Part shown: positions 48,301-63,300 of the stretch, piece by piece
Position numbering within the stretch: position 1 is the first letter of the stretch
Layout of the letters: each line of letters begins with the position of its first letter
Assembly (NCBI GenBank): GCA_964016885.1
Contig: OZ024742.1
Location: 371,132,001 to 371,196,000, forward strand
Origin: Eledone cirrhosa
Taxonomy: Eukaryota
Direction: 5' to 3'
DNA: 64,000 bases
The notes under the pieces: model-generated
What the model was told of the DNA's origin: nothing
Seen by the model: only the letters and a program-made list of their open reading frames with translations
Databases searched by the model: none
Made by a program: the position numbers and the translations under genes

Positions 48301-51300
48301 GAAATATGGTAATGAAAGGGTTAATGACATAAACAGGGTCTTTCATTAGAAATATGGTAATGAAAGGGTTAATGACATAGTCAGTGTCTTTCATTAGAAA
48401 TATGGTAATGAAAGGGTTCATGACATAGACAGTGTCTTTCTTTAGAAATATGGTAATGAAAGGGTTAATGACATAAACAGTGTCTTTCATTAGAGATATG
48501 GTAATGAAAGGGTTAATGACATAAACAGGGTCTTTCATTAGAAATATGGTAATGAAAGGTTTAATGACATACAGGATATTTCATTAGAAATATGGTAATG
48601 AAAGGGTTAATGACATAAACAGGGTCTTTCATTAGAAATATGGTAATGAAAGGGTTAATGATATAGACAGTGTCTTTCATTAGAAATATGGTAATGAAAA
48701 GGTTAATGACATAGACAGTGTCTTTCATTAGAAATATGGTAATGAAAGGGTTCATGACATAGACAGTGTCTTTCATTAGAAATATGGTAATGAAAGAGTT
48801 AATGACATAGACAGTGTCCTTCATTAGAAATATGGTAATGAAAAGGTTAATGACATAAACGGTGTCTTTCATTAGTAATATGGTAATGAAAGGGTTAATG
48901 ACATAGACAGTGTCTTTCGTTAGAAATATGGCAATGAAAGCGTTAATGAAATAGACAGTCTTTCTTGAGAAATATGGTAATGAAAGGGTTAATGACATAA
49001 AGTGTCTTTCTTGAGAAATATGGTAATGAAAGGGTTAATGACATAAACTGTCTTTCATTAGAAATATGGTAATGAAAGGGTTATTGACAGTGTCTTTCAT
49101 TAGAAATATGGTAATGAAAGGGTTAATGACATAAACAGGGTCTTTCATTAGAGATATGGTAATGAAAGGGTTAATGACATAGACAGGGTCTTTCATTAGA
49201 AATATGGTAATGAAAGGGTTAATGACATAAACTGTCTTTCATTAGAAATATGGTAATGAAAGGGTTAATGACATAAACAGTGTCTTTCATTAGAAATATG
49301 GTAATGAAAGGGTTCATGACATAGACAGTGTCTTTCATTAGAGATATGGTAATGAAAGGGTTAATGACATAAACAGTGTCTTTCATTAGAAATATGGTAA
49401 TGAAAGGGTTAATGACATAAACAGGGTCTTTCATTAGAAATATGGTAATGAAAGGGTTAATGATATAGACAGTGTCTTTCATAAGAAATATGGTTATGAA
49501 GGGTTAATGACATAAACAGTGTCTTTCATTAGAAATATAGTAATGAAAGGGTTCATGACATAGACAGTGTCTTTCATTAGAAATATAGTAATGAAAGGGT
49601 TCATGACATAGACAGTGTCTTTCATTAGAAATATGGTAATGAAAGGGTTAATGACATAGACAGTGTCTTTCATTAGAAATATGGTAATGAAAGGGTTAAT
49701 GACAGTGTCTTTCATTAGAAATATGGTAATGAAAGGGTTAATGACATAAACAGTTGTCTTTCATTAGAAATATGGTAATGAAAGAGTTAATGACATAGAC
49801 AGTGTCTTTCATTAGAAATATGGTAATGAAAGGGTTAATGACATAAACAGGGTCTTTCATTAGAAATATGGTAATGAAAGGGTTAATGATATAGACAGTG
49901 TCTTTCATTAGAAATATGGTAATGAAAGGGTTTATGACATAGACAGTGTCTTTCATTAGAAATATGGTAATGAAAGGGTTAATGACATAAACAGCGTCTT
50001 TCATTAGAAATATGGTAATGAAAGGGTTAATGATATAGACAGTGTCTTTCATTAGAAATATGATAATGAAAGGGTTAATGACATAAACTGTCTTTCATTA
50101 GAAATATGGTAATGAAAGGGTTAATGACATAAACAGTCTTTCATTAGAAATATGGTAATGAAAGGGTTAATGACATAAACAGTCTTTCATTACAAATATG
50201 GTAATGAAAGGGTTCATGACATAAACAGGGTCTTACATTAGAAATATGGTAATGAAAGGGTTCATGACATAGACAGTGTCTTTCATTAGAAATATGGTAA
50301 TGAAAGGGTTAATGACATAAACAGTGTCTTTCATTAGAAATATGGTAATGAAAGGGTTAATGACATAAACAGTGTCTTTCATTAGAAATATGGTAATGAA
50401 AGGGGTAATGATATGGTCAGTGTCTTTCATTAGAAATATAGTAATGAAAGGGTTAATGACATAAACAGGGTCTTTCATTAGAAATATGATAATGAAAGGG
50501 TTAATGACAGTGTCTTTCATTAGAAATATGGTAATGAAAGGGTTAATGAAATAAACAGTTGTCTTTCATTAGAAATATGGTAATGAAAGAGTTAATGACA
50601 TAGACAGTGTCTTTCATTAGAAATATGGTAATGAAAGGGTTAATGACATAAACTGTCTTTCATTAGAAATATGGTAATGAAAGGGTTAATGACAGTGTCT
50701 TTCATTAGAAATATAGTAATGAAAGGGTTAATGACATAAACAGGGTCTTTCATTAGAAATATGGTAATGAAAGGGTTAATGACGGAAACGGTGTCTTTCA
50801 TTAGAAATATGGTAATGAAAGGGTTAATGACATAAACAGTGTCTTTCATTAGAAATATGGTAATGAAAGGGTTAATGACATAAACAGTGTCTTTCATTAG
50901 AAATATGGTAATAAAGGGTTAATGACATAAACAGTGTCTTTCATTAGAAATATGGTAATGAAAGGGTTAATGACATAAACAGTGTCTTTCATTAGAAATA
51001 TGGTAATGAAAGGGTTAATGACATAAACAGTGTCTTTCATTAGAAATATGGTAATAAAGGGTTAATGACATAAACAGTGTCTTTCATTAGAAATATGGTA
51101 ATGAAAGGGTTAATGACATAAACAGGGTCTTTCATTAGAAATATGGTAATGAAAGGGTTCATGACATAGACAGTGTCTTTCATTAGAAATATGGTAATGA
51201 AAGGGTTAATGATATAGACAGTGTCTTTCATAAGAAATATGGTTATGAAGGGTTAATGACATAAACAGTGTCTTTCATTAGAAATATAGTAATGAAAGGG

Positions 51301-54300
51301 TTCATGACATAGACAGTGTCTTTCATTAGAAATATGGTAATGAAAGGGTTAATGACATAAACAGTGTCTTTCATTAGAAATATGGTAATGAAGGGTTAAT
51401 GACATAGACAGTGTCTTTCATTAGAAATATGGTAATGAAAGGGTTAATGACAGTGTCTTTCATTAGAAATATGGTAATGAAAGGGTTAATGACATAAACA
51501 GTTGTCTTTCATTAGAAATATGGTAATGAAAGAGTTAATGACATAGACAGTGTCTTTCATTAGAAATATGGTAATGAAAGGGTTAATGACATAAACAGTG
51601 TCTTTCATTAGAAATATGGTAATGAAAGGGTTAATGACATAAACAGGGTCTTTCATTAGAGATATGGTAATGAAAGGGTTAATGACATAAACAGGGTCTT
51701 TCATTAGAAATATGGTAATGAAAGGGTTAATGACATAAACTGTCTTTCATTAGAAATATGGTAATGAAAGGGTTAATGACATAAACAGTGTCTTTCATTA
51801 GAAATATGGTAATGAAAGGGTTCATGACATAGACAGTGTCTTTCATTAGAGATATGGTAATGAAAGGGTTAATGACATAAACAGTGTCTTTCATTAGAAA
51901 TATGGTAATGAAAGGGTTAATGACATAAACAGGGTCTTTCATTAGAAATATGGTAATGAAAGGGTTAATGATATAGACAGTGTCTTTCATAAGAAATATG
52001 GTTATGAAGGGTTAATGACATAAACAGTGTCTTTCATTAGAAATATAGTAATGAAAGGGTTCATGACATAGACAGTGTCTTTCATTAGAAATATGGTAAT
52101 GAAAGGGTTAATGACATAAACAGTGTCTTTCATTAGAAATATGGTAATGAAGGGTTAATGACATAGACAGTGTCTTTCATTAGAAATATGGTAATGAAAG
52201 GGTTAATGACAGTGTCTTTCATTAGAAATATGGTAATGAAAGGGTTAATGACATAAACAGGGTCTTTCATTAGAGATATGGTAATGAAAGGGTTAATGAC
52301 ATAGACAGGGTCTTTCATTAGAAATATGGTAATGAAAGGGTTAATGACATAAACTGTCTTTCATTAGAAATATGGTAATGAAAGGGTTAATGACATAAAC
52401 AGTGTCTTTCATTAGAAATATGGTAATGAAAGGGTTCATGACATAGACAGTGTCTTTCATTAGAGATATGGTAATGAAAGGGTTAATGACATAAACAGTG
52501 TCTTTCATTAGAAATATGGTAATGAAAGGGTTAATGACATAAACAGGGTCTTTCATTAGAAATATGGTAATGAAAGGGTTAATGATATAGACAGTGTCTT
52601 TCATAAGAAATATGGTTATGAAGGGTTAATGACATAAACAGTGTCTTTCATTAGAAATATAGTAATGAAAGGGTTCATGACATAGACAGTGTCTTTCATT
52701 AGAAATATAGTAATGAAAGGGTTCATGACATAGACAGTGTCTTTCATTAGAAATATGGTAATGAAAGGGTTAATGACATAGACAGTGTCTTTCATTAGAA
52801 ATATGGTAATGAAAGGGTTAATGACAGTGTCTTTCATTAGAAATATGGTAATGAAAGGGTTAATGACATAAACAGTTGTCTTTCATTAGAAATATGGTAA
52901 TGAAAGAGTTAATGACATAGACAGTGTCTTTCATTAGAAATATGGTAATGAAAGGGTTAATGACATAAACTGTCTTTCATTAGAAATATGGTAATGAAAG
53001 GGTTAATGACATAAACAGGGTCTTTCATTAGAAATATGGTAATGAAAGGGTTAATGATATAGACAGTGTCTTTCATTAGAAATATGGTAATGAAAGGGTT
53101 TATGACATAGACAGTGTCTTTCATTAGAAATATGGTAATGAAAGGGTTAATGACATAAACAGCGTCTTTCATTAGAAATATGGTAATGAAAGGGTTAATG
53201 ATATAGACAGTGTCTTTCATTAGAAATATGATAATGAAAGGGTTAATGACATAAACTGTCTTTCATTAGAAATATGGTAATGAAAGGGTTAATGACATAA
53301 ACAGTCTTTCATTAGAAATATGGTAATGAAAGGGTTAATGACATAAACAGTCTTTCATTACAAATATGGTAATGAAAGGGTTCATGACATAAACAGGGTC
53401 TTACATTAGAAATATGGTAATGAAAGGGTTCATGACATAGACAGTGTCTTTCATTAGAAATATGGTAATGAAAGGGTTAATGACATAAACAGTGTCTTTC
53501 ATTAGAAATATGGTAATGAAAGGGTTAATGACATAAACAGTGTCTTTCATTAGAAATATGGTAATGAAAGGGGTAATGATATGGTCAGTGTCTTTCATTA
53601 GAAATATAGTAATGAAAGGGTTAATGACATAAACAGGGTCTTTCATTAGAAATATGATAATGAAAGGGTTAATGACAGTGTCTTTCATTAGAAATATGGT
53701 AATGAAAGGGTTAATGAAATAAACAGTTGTCTTTCATTAGAAATATGGTAATGAAAGAGTTAATGACATAGACAGTGTCTTTCATTAGAAATATGGTAAT
53801 GAAAGGGTTAATGACATAAACTGTCTTTCATTAGAAATATGGTAATGAAAGGGTTAATGACAGTGTCTTTCATTAGAAATATAGTAATGAAAGGGTTAAT
53901 GACATAAACAGGGTCTTTCATTAGAAATATGGTAATGAAAGGGTTAATGACGGAAACGGTGTCTTTCATTAGAAATATGGTAATGAAAGGGTTAATGACA
54001 TAAACAGTGTCTTTCATTAGAAATATGGTAATGAAAGGGTTAATGACATAAACAGTGTCTTTCATTAGAAATATGGTAATAAAGGGTTAATGACATAAAC
54101 AGTGTCTTTCATTAGAAATATGGTAATGAAAGGGTTAATGACATAAACAGTGTCTTTCATTAGAAATATGGTAATGAAAGGGTTAATGACATAAACAGTG
54201 TCTTTCATTAGAAATATGGTAATAAAGGGTTAATGACATAAACAGTGTCTTTCATTAGAAATATGGTAATGAAAGGGTTAATGACATAAACAGGGTCTTT

Positions 54301-57300
54301 CATTAGAAATATGGTAATGAAAGGGTTCATGACATAGACAGTGTCTTTCATTAGAAATATGGTAATGAAAGGGTTAATGATATAGACAGTGTCTTTCATA
54401 AGAAATATGGTTATGAAGGGTTAATGACATAAACAGTGTCTTTCATTAGAAATATAGTAATGAAAGGGTTCATGACATAGACAGTGTCTTTCATTAGAAA
54501 TATGGTAATGAAAGGGTTAATGACATAAACAGTGTCTTTCATTAGAAATATGGTAATGAAGGGTTAATGACATAGACAGTGTCTTTCATTAGAAATATGG
54601 TAATGAAAGGGTTAATGACAGTGTCTTTCATTAGAAATATGGTAATGAAAGGGTTAATGACATAAACAGTTGTCTTTCATTAGAAATATGGTAATGAAAG
54701 AGTTAATGACATAGACAGTGTCTTTCATTAGAAATATGGTAATGAAAGGGTTAATGACATAAACAGTGTCTTTCATTAGAAATATGGTAATGAAAGGGTT
54801 AATGACATAAACAGGGTCTTTCATTAGAGATATGGTAATGAAAGGGTTAATGACATAAACAGGGTCTTTCATTAGAAATATGGTAATGAAAGGGTTAATG
54901 ACATAAACTGTCTTTCATTAGAAATATGGTAATGAAAGGGTTAATGACATAAACAGTGTCTTTCATTAGAAATATGGTAATGAAAGGGTTCATGACATAG
55001 ACAGTGTCTTTCATTAGAGATATGGTAATGAAAGGGTTAATGACATAAACAGTGTCTTTCATTAGAAATATGGTAATGAAAGGGTTAATGACATAAACAG
55101 GGTCTTTCATTAGAAATATGGTAATGAAAGGGTTAATGATATAGACAGTGTCTTTCATAAGAAATATGGTTATGAAGGGTTAATGACATAAACAGTGTCT
55201 TTCATTAGAAATATAGTAATGAAAGGGTTCATGACATAGACAGTGTCTTTCATTAGAAATATGGTAATGAAAGGGTTAATGACATAAACAGTGTCTTTCA
55301 TTAGAAATATGGTAATGAAGGGTTAATGACATAGACAGTGTCTTTCATTAGAAATATGGTAATGAAAGGGTTAATGACAGTGTCTTTCATTAGAAATATG
55401 GTAATGAAAGGGTTAATGACATAAACAGTTGTCTTTCATTAGAAATATGGTAATGAAAGAGTTAATGACATAGACAGTGTCTTTCATTAGAAATATGGTA
55501 ATGAAAGGGTTAATGACATAAACTGTCTTTCATTAGAAATATGGTAATGAAAGGGTTAATGACATAAACAGGGTCTTTCATTAGAAATATGGTAATGAAA
55601 GGGTTAATGACATACAGTATCTTTCATTAGAAATATGGTAATGAAAGCGTTAATGACATAAACAGGGTCTTTCATTAGAAATATGGTAATGAAAGGGTTA
55701 ATGATATAGACAGTGTCTTTCATTAGAAATATGGTAATGAAAGGGTTTATGACATAGACAGTGTCTTTCATTAGAAATATGATAATGAAAGGGTTAATGA
55801 CATAAACAGCGTCTTTCATTAGAAATATGGTAATGAAAGGGTTAATGATATAGACAGTGTCTTTCATTAGAAATATGATAATGAAAGGGTTAATGACATA
55901 AACTGTCTTTCATTAGAAATATGGTAATGAAAGGGTTAATGACAGTGTCTTTCATTAGAAATATGGTAATGAAAGAGTTAATGACATAGACAGTGTCTTT
56001 CATTAGAAATATGGTAATGAAAGGGTTAATGACATAAACTGTCTTTCATTAGAAATATGGTAATGAAAGGGTTAATGACATAAACAGTCTTTCATTAGAA
56101 ATATGGTAATGAAAGGGTTAATGACATAAACAGTCTTTCATTACAAATATGGTAATAAAGGGTTAATGACATAAACAGTGTCTTTCATTAGAAATATGGT
56201 AATGAAAGGGTTCATGACATAAACAGGGTCTTACATTAGAAATATGGTAATGAAAGGGTTCATGACATAGACAGTGTCTTTCATTAGAAATATGGTAATG
56301 AAAGGGTTAATGACAGTGTCTTTCATTAGAAATATGGTAATGAAAGGGTTAATGACATAAACAGTTGTCTTTCATTAGAAATATGGTAATGAAAGAGTTA
56401 ATGACATAGACAGTGTCTTTCATTAGAAATATGGTAATGAAAGGGTTAATGACATAAACTGTCTTTCATTAGAAATATGGTAATGAAAGGGTTAATGACA
56501 TAAACAGGGTCTTTCATTAGAAATATGGTAATGAAAGGGTTAATGACATACAGTATCTTTCATTAGAAATATGGTAATGAAAGCGTTAATGACATAAACA
56601 GGGTCTTTCATTAGAAATATGGTAATGAAAGGGTTAATGACATAAACAGTGTCTTTCATTAGAAATATGGTAATGAAAGGGTTAATGACATAAACAGGGT
56701 CTTTCATTAGAAATATGGTAATGAAAGGGTTAATGACATAGTCAGTGTCTTTCATTAGAAATATGGTAATGAAAGGGTTCATGACATAGACAGTGTCTTT
56801 CATTAGAAATATGGTAATGAAAGGGTTAATGACATAAACTGTCTTTCATTAGAAATATGGTAATGAAAGGGTAAATGACAGTGTCTTTCTTTAGAAATAT
56901 GGTAATGAAAGGGTTAATGATATAGACAGTGTCTTTCATAAGAAATATGGTTATGAAGGGTTAATGACATAAACAGTGTCTTTCATTAGAAATATAGTAA
57001 TGAAAGGGTTCATGACATAGACAGTGTCTTTCATTAGAAATATAGTAATGAAAGGGTTCATGACATAGACAGTGTCTTTCATTAGAAATATGGTAATGAA
57101 AGGGTTAATGACATAGACAGTGTCTTTCATTAGAAATATGGTAATGAAAGGGTTAATGACAGTGTCTTTCATTAGAAATATGGTAATGAAAGGGTTCATG
57201 ACATAGACAGTGTCTTTCATTAGAAATATGGTAATGAAAGAGTTAATGACATAGACAGTGTCCTTCATTAGAAATATGGTAATGAAAAGGTTAATGACAT

Positions 57301-60300
57301 AAACGGTGTCTTTCATTAGTAATATGGTAATGAAAGGGTTAATGACATAGACAGTGTCTTTCGTTAGAAATATGGCAATGAAAGCGTTAATGAAATAGAC
57401 AGTCTTTCTTGAGAAATATGGTAATGAAAGGGTTAATGACATAAAGTGTCTTTCTTGAGAAATATGGTAATGAAAGGGTTAATGACATAAACTGTCTTTC
57501 ATTAGAAATATGGTAATGAAAGGGTTATTGACAGTGTCTTTCATTAGAAATATGGTAATGAAAGGGTTAATGACATAAACAGGGTCTTTCATTAGAGATA
57601 TGGTAATGAAAGGGTTAATGACATAAACAGGGTCTTTCATTAGAAATATGGTAATGAAAGGGTTAATGACATAAACAGTGTCTTTCATTAGAAATATGGT
57701 AATGAAAGGGTTCATGACATAAACAGTGTCTTTCATTAGAAATATGGTAATGAAAGGGTTAATGACATAAACTGTCTTTCATTAGAAATATGGTAATGAA
57801 AGGGTTAATGACATAAACAGTGTCTTTCATTAGAAATATGGTAATGAAAGGGTTCATGACATAAACAGGGTCTTTCATTAGAAATATGGTAATGAAAGGG
57901 TTAATGACATAAACAGTGTCTTTCATAAGAAATATGGTTATGAAGGGTTAATGATATAGACAGTGTCTTTCATAAGAAATATGGTTATGAAGGGTTAATG
58001 ACATAAACAGTGTCTTTCATTAGAAATATAGTAATGAAAGGGTTCATGACATAGACAGTGTCTTTCATTAGAAATATAGTAATGAAAGGGTTCATGACAT
58101 AGACAGTGTCTTTCATTAGAAATATGGTAATGAAAGGGTTAATGACATAAACAGTGTCTTTCATTAGAAATATGGTAATGAAGGGTTAATGACATAGACA
58201 GTGTCTTTCATTAGAAATATGGTAATGAAAGGGTTAATGACAGTGTCTTTCATTAGAAATATGGTAATGAAAGGGTTAATGACATAAACAGTTGTCTTTC
58301 ATTAGAAATATGGTAATGAAAGAGTTAATGACATAGACAGTGTCTTTCATTAGAAATATGGTAATGAAAGGGTTAATGACATAAACTGTCTTTCATTAGA
58401 AATATGGTAATGAAAGGGTTAATGACATAAACAGGGTCTTTCATTAGAAATATGGTAATGAAAGGGTTAATGATATAGACAGTGTCTTTCATTAGAAATA
58501 TGGTAATGAAAGGGTTTATGACATAGACAGTGTCTTTCATTAGAAATATGGTAATGAAAGGGTTAATGACATAAACAGCGTCTTTCATTAGAAATATGGT
58601 AATGAAAGGGTTAATGATATAGACAGTGTCTTTCATTAGAAATATGATAATGAAAGGGTTAATGACATAAACTGTCTTTCATTAGAAATATGGTAATGAA
58701 AGGGTTAATGACAGTGTCTTTCATTAGAAATATGGTAATGAAAGAGTTAATGACATAGACAGTGTCTTTCATTAGAAATATGGTAATGAAAGGGTTAATG
58801 ACATAAACTGTCTTTCATTAGAAATATGGTAATGAAAGGGTTAATGACATAAACAGTCTTTCATTAGAAATATGGTAATGAAAGGGTTAATGACATAAAC
58901 AGTCTTTCATTACAAATATGGTAATGAAAGGGTTCATGACATAAACAGGGTCTTACATTAGAAATATGGTAATGAAAGGGTTCATGACATAGACAGTGTC
59001 TTTCATTAGAAATATGGTAATGAAAGGGTTAATGACATAAACAGTGTCTTTCATTAGAAATATGGTAATGAAAGGGTTAATGACATAAACAGTGTCTTTC
59101 ATTAGAAATATGGTAATGAAAGGGGTAATGATATGGTCAGTGTCTTTCATTAGAAATATAGTAATGAAAGGGTTAATGACATAAACAGGGTCTTTCATTA
59201 GAAATATGATAATGAAAGGGTTAATGACAGTGTCTTTCATTAGAAATATGGTAATGAAAGGGTTAATGAAATAAACAGTTGTCTTTCATTAGAAATATGG
59301 TAATGAAAGAGTTAATGACATAGACAGTGTCTTTCATTAGAAATATGGTAATGAAAGGGTTAATGACATAAACTGTCTTTCATTAGAAATATGGTAATGA
59401 AAGGGTTAATGACAGTGTCTTTCATTAGAAATATAGTAATGAAAGGGTTAATGACATAAACAGGGTCTTTCATTAGAAATATGGTAATGAAAGGGTTAAT
59501 GACGGAAACGGTGTCTTTCATTAGAAATATGGTAATGAAAGGGTTAATGACATAAACAGTGTCTTTCATTAGAAATATGGTAATGAAAGGGTTAATGACA
59601 TAAAAGTGTCTTTCATTAGAAATATGGTAATAAAGGGTTAATGACATAAACAGTGTCTTTCATTAGAAATATGGTAATGAAAGGGTTAATGACATAAACA
59701 GTGTCTTTCATTAGAAATATGGTAATGAAAGGGTTAATGACATAAACAGTGTCTTTCATTAGAAATATGGTAATAAAGGGTTAATGACATAAACAGTGTC
59801 TTTCATTAGAAATATGGTAATGAAAGGGTTAATGACATAAACAGGGTCTTTCATTAGAAATATGGTAATGAAAGGGTTCATGACATAGACAGTGTCTTTC
59901 ATTAGAAATATGGTAATGAAAGGGTTAATGACATAAACAGTGTCTTTCATTAGAAATATGGTAATGAAAGGGTTAATGACATAAACAGGGTCTTTCATTA
60001 GAGATATGGTAATGAAAGGGTTAATGACATAAACAGGGTCTTTCATTAGAAATATGGTAATGAAAGGGTTAATGACATAAACTGTCTTTCATTAGAAATA
60101 TGGTAATGAAAGGGTTAATGACATAAACAGTGTCTTTCATTAGAAATATGGTAATGAAAGGGTTCATGACATAGACAGTGTCTTTCATTAGAGATATGGT
60201 AATGAAAGGGTTAATGACATAAACAGTGTCTTTCATTAGAAATATGGTAATGAAAGGGTTAATGACATAAACAGGGTCTTTCATTAGAAATATGGTAATG

Positions 60301-63300
60301 AAAGGGTTAATGATATAGACAGTGTCTTTCATAAGAAATATGGTTATGAAGGGTTAATGACATAAACAGTGTCTTTCATTAGAAATATAGTAATGAAAGG
60401 GTTCATGACATAGACAGTGTCTTTCATTAGAAATATGGTAATGAAAGGGTTAATGACATAAACAGTGTCTTTCATTAGAAATATGGTAATGAAGGGTTAA
60501 TGACATAGACAGTGTCTTTCATTAGAAATATGGTAATGAAAGGGTTAATGACAGTGTCTTTCATTAGAAATATGGTAATGAAAGGGTTAATGACATAAAC
60601 AGTTGTCTTTCATTAGAAATATGGTAATGAAAGAGTTAATGACATAGACAGTGTCTTTCATTAGAAATATGGTAATGAAAGGGTTAATGACATAAACTGT
60701 CTTTCATTAGAAATATGGTAATGAAAGGGTTAATGACATAAACAGTCTTTCATTAGAAATATGGTAATGAAAGGGTTAATGACATAAACAGTCTTTCATT
60801 ACAAATATGGTAATAAAGGGTTAATGACATAAACAGTGTCTTTCATTAGAAATATGGTAATGAAAGGGTTCATGACATAAACAGGGTCTTACATTAGAAA
60901 TATGGTAATGAAAGGGTTCATGACATAGACAGTGTCTTTCATTAGAAATATGGTAATGAAAGGGTTAATGACAGTGTCTTTCATTAGAAATATGGTAATG
61001 AAAGGGTTAATGACATAAACAGTTGTCTTTCATTAGAAATATGGTAATGAAAGAGTTAATGACATAGACAGTGTCTTTCATTAGAAATATGGTAATGAAA
61101 GGGTTAATGACATAAACTGTCTTTCATTAGAAATATGGTAATGAAAGGGTTAATGACATAAACAGGGTCTTTCATTAGAAATATGGTAATGAAAGGGTTA
61201 ATGACATACAGTATCTTTCATTAGAAATATGGTAATGAAAGCGTTAATGACATAAACAGGGTCTTTCATTAGAAATATGGTAATGAAAGGGTTAATGACA
61301 TAAACAGTGTCTTTCATTAGAAATATGGTAATGAAAGGGTTAATGACATAAACAGGGTCTTTCATTAGAAATATGGTAATGAAAGGGTTAATGACATAGT
61401 CAGTGTCTTTCATTAGAAATATGGTAATGAAAGGGTTCATGACATAGACAGTGTCTTTCATTAGAAATATGGTAATGAAAGGGTTAATGACATAAACTGT
61501 CTTTCATTAGAAATATGGTAATGAAAGGGTAAATGACAGTGTCTTTCTTTAGAAATATGGTAATGAAAGGGTTAATGACATAAACAGTGTCTTTCATTAG
61601 AGATATGGTAATGAAAGGGTTAATGACATAAACAGGGTCTTTCATTAGAAATATGGTAATGAAAGGTTTAATGACATACAGGATATTTCATTAGAAATAT
61701 GGTAATGAAAGGGTTAATGACATAAAGAGGGTCTTTCATTAGAAATATGGTAATGAAAGGGTTAATGATATAGACAGTGTCTTTCATTAGAAATATGGTA
61801 ATGAAAAGGTTAATGACATAAACAGTGTCTTTCATTAGAAATATGGTAATGAAAGGGTTCATGACATAGACAGTGTCTTTCATTAGAAATATGGTAATGA
61901 AAGAGTTAATGACATAGACAGTGTCCTTCATTAGAAATATGGTAATGAAAAGGTTAATGACATAAACGGTGTCTTTCATTAGTAATATGGTAATGAAAGG
62001 GTTAATGACATAGACAGTGTCTTTCGTTAGAAATATGGCAATGAAAGCGTTAATGAAATAGACAGTCTTTCTTGAGAAATATGGTAATGAAAGGGTTAAT
62101 GACATAAAGTGTCTTTCTTGAGAAATATGGTAATGAAAGGGTTAATGACATAAACTGTCTTTCATTAGAAATATGGTAATGAAAGGGTTATTGACAGTGT
62201 CTTTCATTAGAAATATGGTAATGAAAGGGTTAATGACATAAACAGGGTCTTTCATTAGAGATATGGTAATGAAAGGGTTAATGACATAAACAGGGTCTTT
62301 CATTAGAAATATGGTAATGAAAGGGTTAATGACATAAACTGTCTTTCATTAGAAATATGGTAATGAAAGGGTTAATGACATAAACAGTGTCTTTCATTAG
62401 AAATATGGTAATGAAAGGGTTCATGACATAGACAGTGTCTTTCATTAGAGATATGGTAATGAAAGGGTTAATGACATAAACAGTGTCTTTCATTAGAAAT
62501 ATGGTAATGAAAGGGTTAATGACATAAACAGGGTCTTTCATTAGAAATATGGTAATGAAAGGGTTAATGATATAGACAGTGTCTTTCATAAGAAATATGG
62601 TTATGAAGGGTTAATGACATAAACAGTGTCTTTCATTAGAAATATAGTAATGAAAGGGTTCATGACATAGACAGTGTCTTTCATTAGAAATATAGTAATG
62701 AAAGGGTTCATGACATAGACAGTGTCTTTCATTAGAAATATAGTAATGAAAGGGTTAATGACATAAACAGTGTCTTTCATTAGAAATATGGTAATGAAGG
62801 GTTAATGACATAGACAGTGTCTTTCATTAGAAATATGGTAATGAAAGGGTTAATGACAGTGTCTTTCATTAGAAATATGGTAATGAAAGGGTTAATGACA
62901 TAAACAGTTGTCTTTCATTAGAAATATGGTAATGAAAGAGTTAATGACATAGACAGTGTCTTTCATTAGAAATATGGTAATGAAAGGGTTAATGACATAA
63001 ACTGTCTTTCATTAGAAATATGGTAATGAAAGGGTTAATGACATAAACAGGGTCTTTCATTAGAAATATGGTAATGAAAGGGTTAATGATATAGACAGTG
63101 TCTTTCATTAGAAATATGGTAATGAAAGGGTTTATGACATAGACAGTGTCTTTCATTAGAAATATGGTAATGAAAGGGTTAATGACATAAACAGCGTCTT
63201 TCATTAGAAATATGGTAATGAAAGGGTTAATGATATAGACAGTGTCTTTCATTAGAAATATGATAATGAAAGGGTTAATGACATAAACTGTCTTTCATTA